From assembly GCA_038888155.1 (NCBI GenBank), contig JAWAJB010000002.1, positions 224,001 through 288,000 on the forward strand: a stretch of 64,000 nucleotides of DNA, in the 5' to 3' direction. Numbering within the stretch: position 1 is the first letter of the stretch; each line of letters begins with the position of its first letter. Under the pieces are notes generated by a model. That model saw nothing but the letters and a program-made list of their open reading frames with translations. It was not told where the DNA came from and ran no database searches. The stretch is from Desulfurococcaceae archaeon. GTDB lineage: Archaea > Thermoproteota > Thermoprotei_A > Sulfolobales > Desulfurococcaceae. The position numbers were made by a program, and so were the translations under genes. Of the stretch, positions 61,132 through 64,000 are shown piece by piece.

Positions 61132-62380
61132 TTGTATTTCAAACAGCTACTTCCTGTGATCGCCGCTATTTTACTCTTCTTGCTGGTGATAATGAGTTTT
61201 AGCATATTTCAAGCGCGTGTGTTGCGGCTGGATATAGTAGTACTTGAACTCGTACTACCACCTGATCTTAAAGAAAAGGCTTACGTCTATGTATCGCTGA
61301 TGTACCCTGAGGGACTTAGACAGGTGGGTAAAATTGTTGTAGACCCGGAAAAAGCACTTTCAGAAAAAATGCGTTTAGACCTTAAAGACCTCAGAGAAGC
61401 CTGGGAGAGAGCGTGAGAGAAGAGGGGTCTTTGCAGAACCGCTTATCATAGTAACTGGGTTTACGAGGTCTGGTGGGGTCTTCGCGTACGAGGTTGAAGT
61501 ATTCTGGGAGGAACTACCAAGGAGTGTTAAACTAATACTAACACCATTAAGAGGCGTTAACGTGACTAGAAAACAGGAGGTAACATCTGAATTCATGTCC
61601 GTAGAAGAAGAGTTAGAACCGTTGAATGGTTGCTGGGAGGTTAGGTACAAGGTTGATGAGTACGAGTGGACAGCACCTACCGTGGTCACGAAAGTTTCAC
61701 CAGATAGCATAACGTGGGGAACTGTAGCTTACGGTTATTTCATTAATCGTCAAATAGAATTCAGAGTTAGTGTTTTCATTGAGTCTCAGTGGACTAGTGC
61801 AGGATTCTTCATAGTAAACAAAAACTCCGCTGGTAGCCATGGTGCTGACTTTCTTCCAGGACAAGAGTACTATGTTTGGATGAACTTTAAGTATCGCTAT
61901 GAGAAGTGGCGTGTTTACGGCAGATGCGATTTAACAAGATTTGATTACTACGAAGAGTACGTCTACACAGCAGACTTCTATCCTGAGACGATCAGTGGCG
62001 GACCTACACCACCGGATGCGCAATTGCCATCTGTAGACAGCTGGGTCTACGAGGGGAAGTATAATGCAACAAGCCCCTATATAGCATACTATTACTTTTC
62101 ATATTCTAATTTTGGCTCAACTTCCTTTGCCATCGACGCTCTGAAGTTCATCAGCGTGCTGTCATTGATTGGTAAGATCTCATCAAGTGCAGCCACCGCG
62201 GCCACCATCATAGGTCTAATAATAAGCGTGAACTTTGTATACAATAACCAGTACTCCTTTTACTTTCACATATGGCTACGCTCAAACCCTGGAACAGTAC
62301 ATAGTGTCTATAGAGCGCTAACCTTAGACGACCAGTCCGTGCCAGTACTATATATCGTATCGTACTGCGTTAGGATATGA
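61132..62380 (+). pseudogene. Frameshifted gene for a roughly 416-aa secreted or surface protein (ORFs 61132-61416 and 61562-62380)
   Basis: The frame of the downstream ORF stays open back to 61379 and overlaps the end of ORF1 at GGGAGAGAGCGTGAGAGAAGAGG; ORF1 has a signal-like N-terminus. Confidence 0.75.
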
Positions 62381-62594
62381 ATATGCTGAACTAACTGATC
62401 CATGCTATACAGAATACGCTGAAAGAGAAAAAACTCCCGTAGTAACTTCTAGTAGTAAAAACGATCAAAATGTTACTACTAACGTAACATTAAGTAACAA
62501 ATAATTACCTCTATTTTTTGATCACTCAAGTGTTTAATCCCCTTTCGGGATTTTGTTTGAAAAAGAAAGGAATATTGGCGATTTATTACGATTA

Positions 62595-62650
62595 ATTTTT
62601 GTATTATAGTAACATGCTGTTCTATTTGGGTGTTACTATAATACAAAAAT
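62595..62650. repeat. Perfect 20-bp inverted repeat with a 16-nt spacer
   Basis: ATTTTTGTATTATAGTAACA (62595-62614) ... TGTTACTATAATACAAAAAT (62631-62650). Confidence 0.97.
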
Positions 62651-62783
62651 GTTACGGGTCAAGTGTGTGAAAGCGTTACTATGAATTTTCTATTGACCCA
62701 GGGGGACATGTTATATACACTAGGTTCTAGGAATAATTGTATATGTTTAGTAACAAATTGAACAATATTCTAACTCTACCTTC

Positions 62784-63527
62784 TTACCAGATAATTTCTT
62801 CGGGGGACCCCGTTAACGCATACCTATATAGTTTTAGCGTTAAAAACAGCCCCGCTAGGAACACTAGAAACTCTACAAGTAATAAAACCACGAAGTTACC
62901 AGTAAGTTGGTATAATGCTGCTAAAGTGTCAAGTACGCCATGTAGAAGAATGATTGTCAACAGCCCGGTCAACCTCTTGTTCTTTTTGATCATATCAACA
63001 ATGAACAAAGAGCTTCCAATATGAAATAACGTAGCTGAGAATCTTTCAAGCGCAGATACTAGTTGCATATATGTTGCTGTTGTGGGGACTTCCAAGCCAG
63101 ACAACAATGTAGCCAGCATTCCTATTGCTCCGATATAAAGAGCCTCTGTGATGCCGAACCCTAAACCTAGATTCAATGCGTCTGTGTAATTTTTACTTTT
63201 TATAAATAAGTATTTGAATCCCGATTGAACTAAGCCTGCTATGAATCCGAGCCATAGTGAGACTATAAAGATTGTTATAATGCCCCCCTGAGCAATGTAT
63301 TTGTTCAACTCGGTAGGTCCCTCGACGAGGCGAGAGAATATCAAATAAAGAAAAGGAAGTTGCTGGGTTACGGACTGTATTGCAATAGAAATGAAAAATA
63401 CTACAGTTCCTAGAAAGAGCTCTCCGGCTTTAAATTTCGTGAAGCCTATTAAGCGCAGAAATAATAGTGTTGATATGCCCCCGAACACAGTTAATAGAAA
63501 TGTTAGCATACTAAGGTGCCCTGTCAT
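62784..63527 (-). CDS. YhfC/PrsW-like intramembrane glutamic protease family protein
   Basis: Multi-TM; GLGFGITEA, ERFSA..FHIG and LLHG..D. Confidence 0.75.
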   Translation of the reverse strand: MTGHLSMLTFLLTVFGGISTLLFLRLIGFTKFKAGELFLGTVVFFISIAIQSVTQQLPFLYLIFSRLVEGPTELNKYIAQGGIITIFIVSLWLGFIAGLVQSGFKYLFIKSKNYTDALNLGLGFGITEALYIGAIGMLATLLSGLEVPTTATYMQLVSALERFSATLFHIGSSLFIVDMIKKNKRLTGLLTIILLHGVLDTLAALYQLTGNFVVLLLVEFLVFLAGLFLTLKLYRYALTGSPEEIIW

Positions 63528-63868
63528 GTTTCTCGAGATTTCTCCACTATAACCGCAGTGCCATAAGCGTATACTTCGGCAATGTGAGACCCAATGTTTG
63601 CTGTAGCAAACCGGAATCCTATTATAGCGTTAGCTCCCAAGGCTTTGGCTGACTGGATCATTCTCTTTAAAGCCTCTTCCCTAGCCTCTGCTAATAACTG
63701 GGTGTATTCTCTAACTTCACCGCCGGCTATATTTCGCAGTGCCGCCACTATGTCTCTCCCTAAGTGTGTAGCCTTTACTGTTCCTCCGCGAGCAATCCCC
63801 TTGATCTCCTTTATTCTATAACCTGGTATACTATCTGTTGTTACAACCAATATAGCGTCTTGCTCCAT
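63524..63868 (-). CDS. YbjQ/UPF0145 family protein
   Basis: TTDSIPGY.I, RNIAGGE...YT.LL..AREEA..RM, GANAIIG.RF and AYGTAV. Confidence 0.93.
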   Translation of the reverse strand: MEQDAILVVTTDSIPGYRIKEIKGIARGGTVKATHLGRDIVAALRNIAGGEVREYTQLLAEAREEALKRMIQSAKALGANAIIGFRFATANIGSHIAEVYAYGTAVIVEKSRET

Positions 63869-64000
63869 AAATATTGTCCCATGTTCTAATACTTGACTCC
63901 CTATTAAATCTTTATGTTACAAAATGTAGCTAAGATTTCAAGAAGACCTTTAGATTCAGGCATGAGGAGAAAAGAAAAAACTGAAAATGTTAAAAATAGC

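Noticed and set aside
62531-62566. TTTAATCCCCTTTCGGGATTTTGTTTGAAAAAG resembles the palindromic core of some CRISPR repeats
   Set aside because: Single copy, no spacers and no cas genes in the window; at most an orphan hairpin.
1-64000. tRNA, rRNA, C/D-box sRNA, IS elements, integrases, toxin-antitoxin or defence genes
   Set aside because: None recognized by eye; a few TGATGA boxes lack a properly spaced CTGA. Small RNAs could be missed without tRNAscan or Infernal.

Overview
Archaeal chromosomal DNA, most likely from a Thermoproteota (crenarchaeal) heterotroph: AT-rich, with GGTG(A)-type ribosome-binding sites, BRE/TATA promoters, a crenarchaeal-style single-OB SSB, an AlaX-S, and a WOR5-type tungstoenzyme. 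The window is dominated by scavenging and catabolic genes: two paralogous Dpp/Opp ABC clusters, a class A beta-lactamase-like serine hydrolase, two D-aminoacylases, five M20 metallohydrolases, an atypical enolase-superfamily enzyme, an S9 peptidase, an APC permease, a sugar module (HpcH aldolase, PHI/SIS isomerase, PfkB kinase, fucose-isomerase-like protein), a WOR5 operon and a 9-gene Mrp/Mbh-type antiporter operon. I found no tRNA, rRNA, CRISPR array, transposase or integrase. The most notable non-routine signals are: (1) a non-coding element between convergent genes (62436-62757) with a perfect 20-bp inverted repeat and nine GTAAC/GTTAC motifs, a candidate replication origin or protein-binding platform; (2) GC-elevated DNA tracts shared near-identically between otherwise diverged paralogs (527 bp in two M20 genes, 128 bp in DppD/DppF), suggesting module-level gene conversion or assembly collapse; (3) an apparent archaeal pathway for importing and degrading D-amino-acid-containing peptides; (4) a secreted-protein gene split by a frameshift in a GA run; (5) several enzymes with altered catalytic motifs. 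All family calls come from motif recognition and memory; no searches were run.
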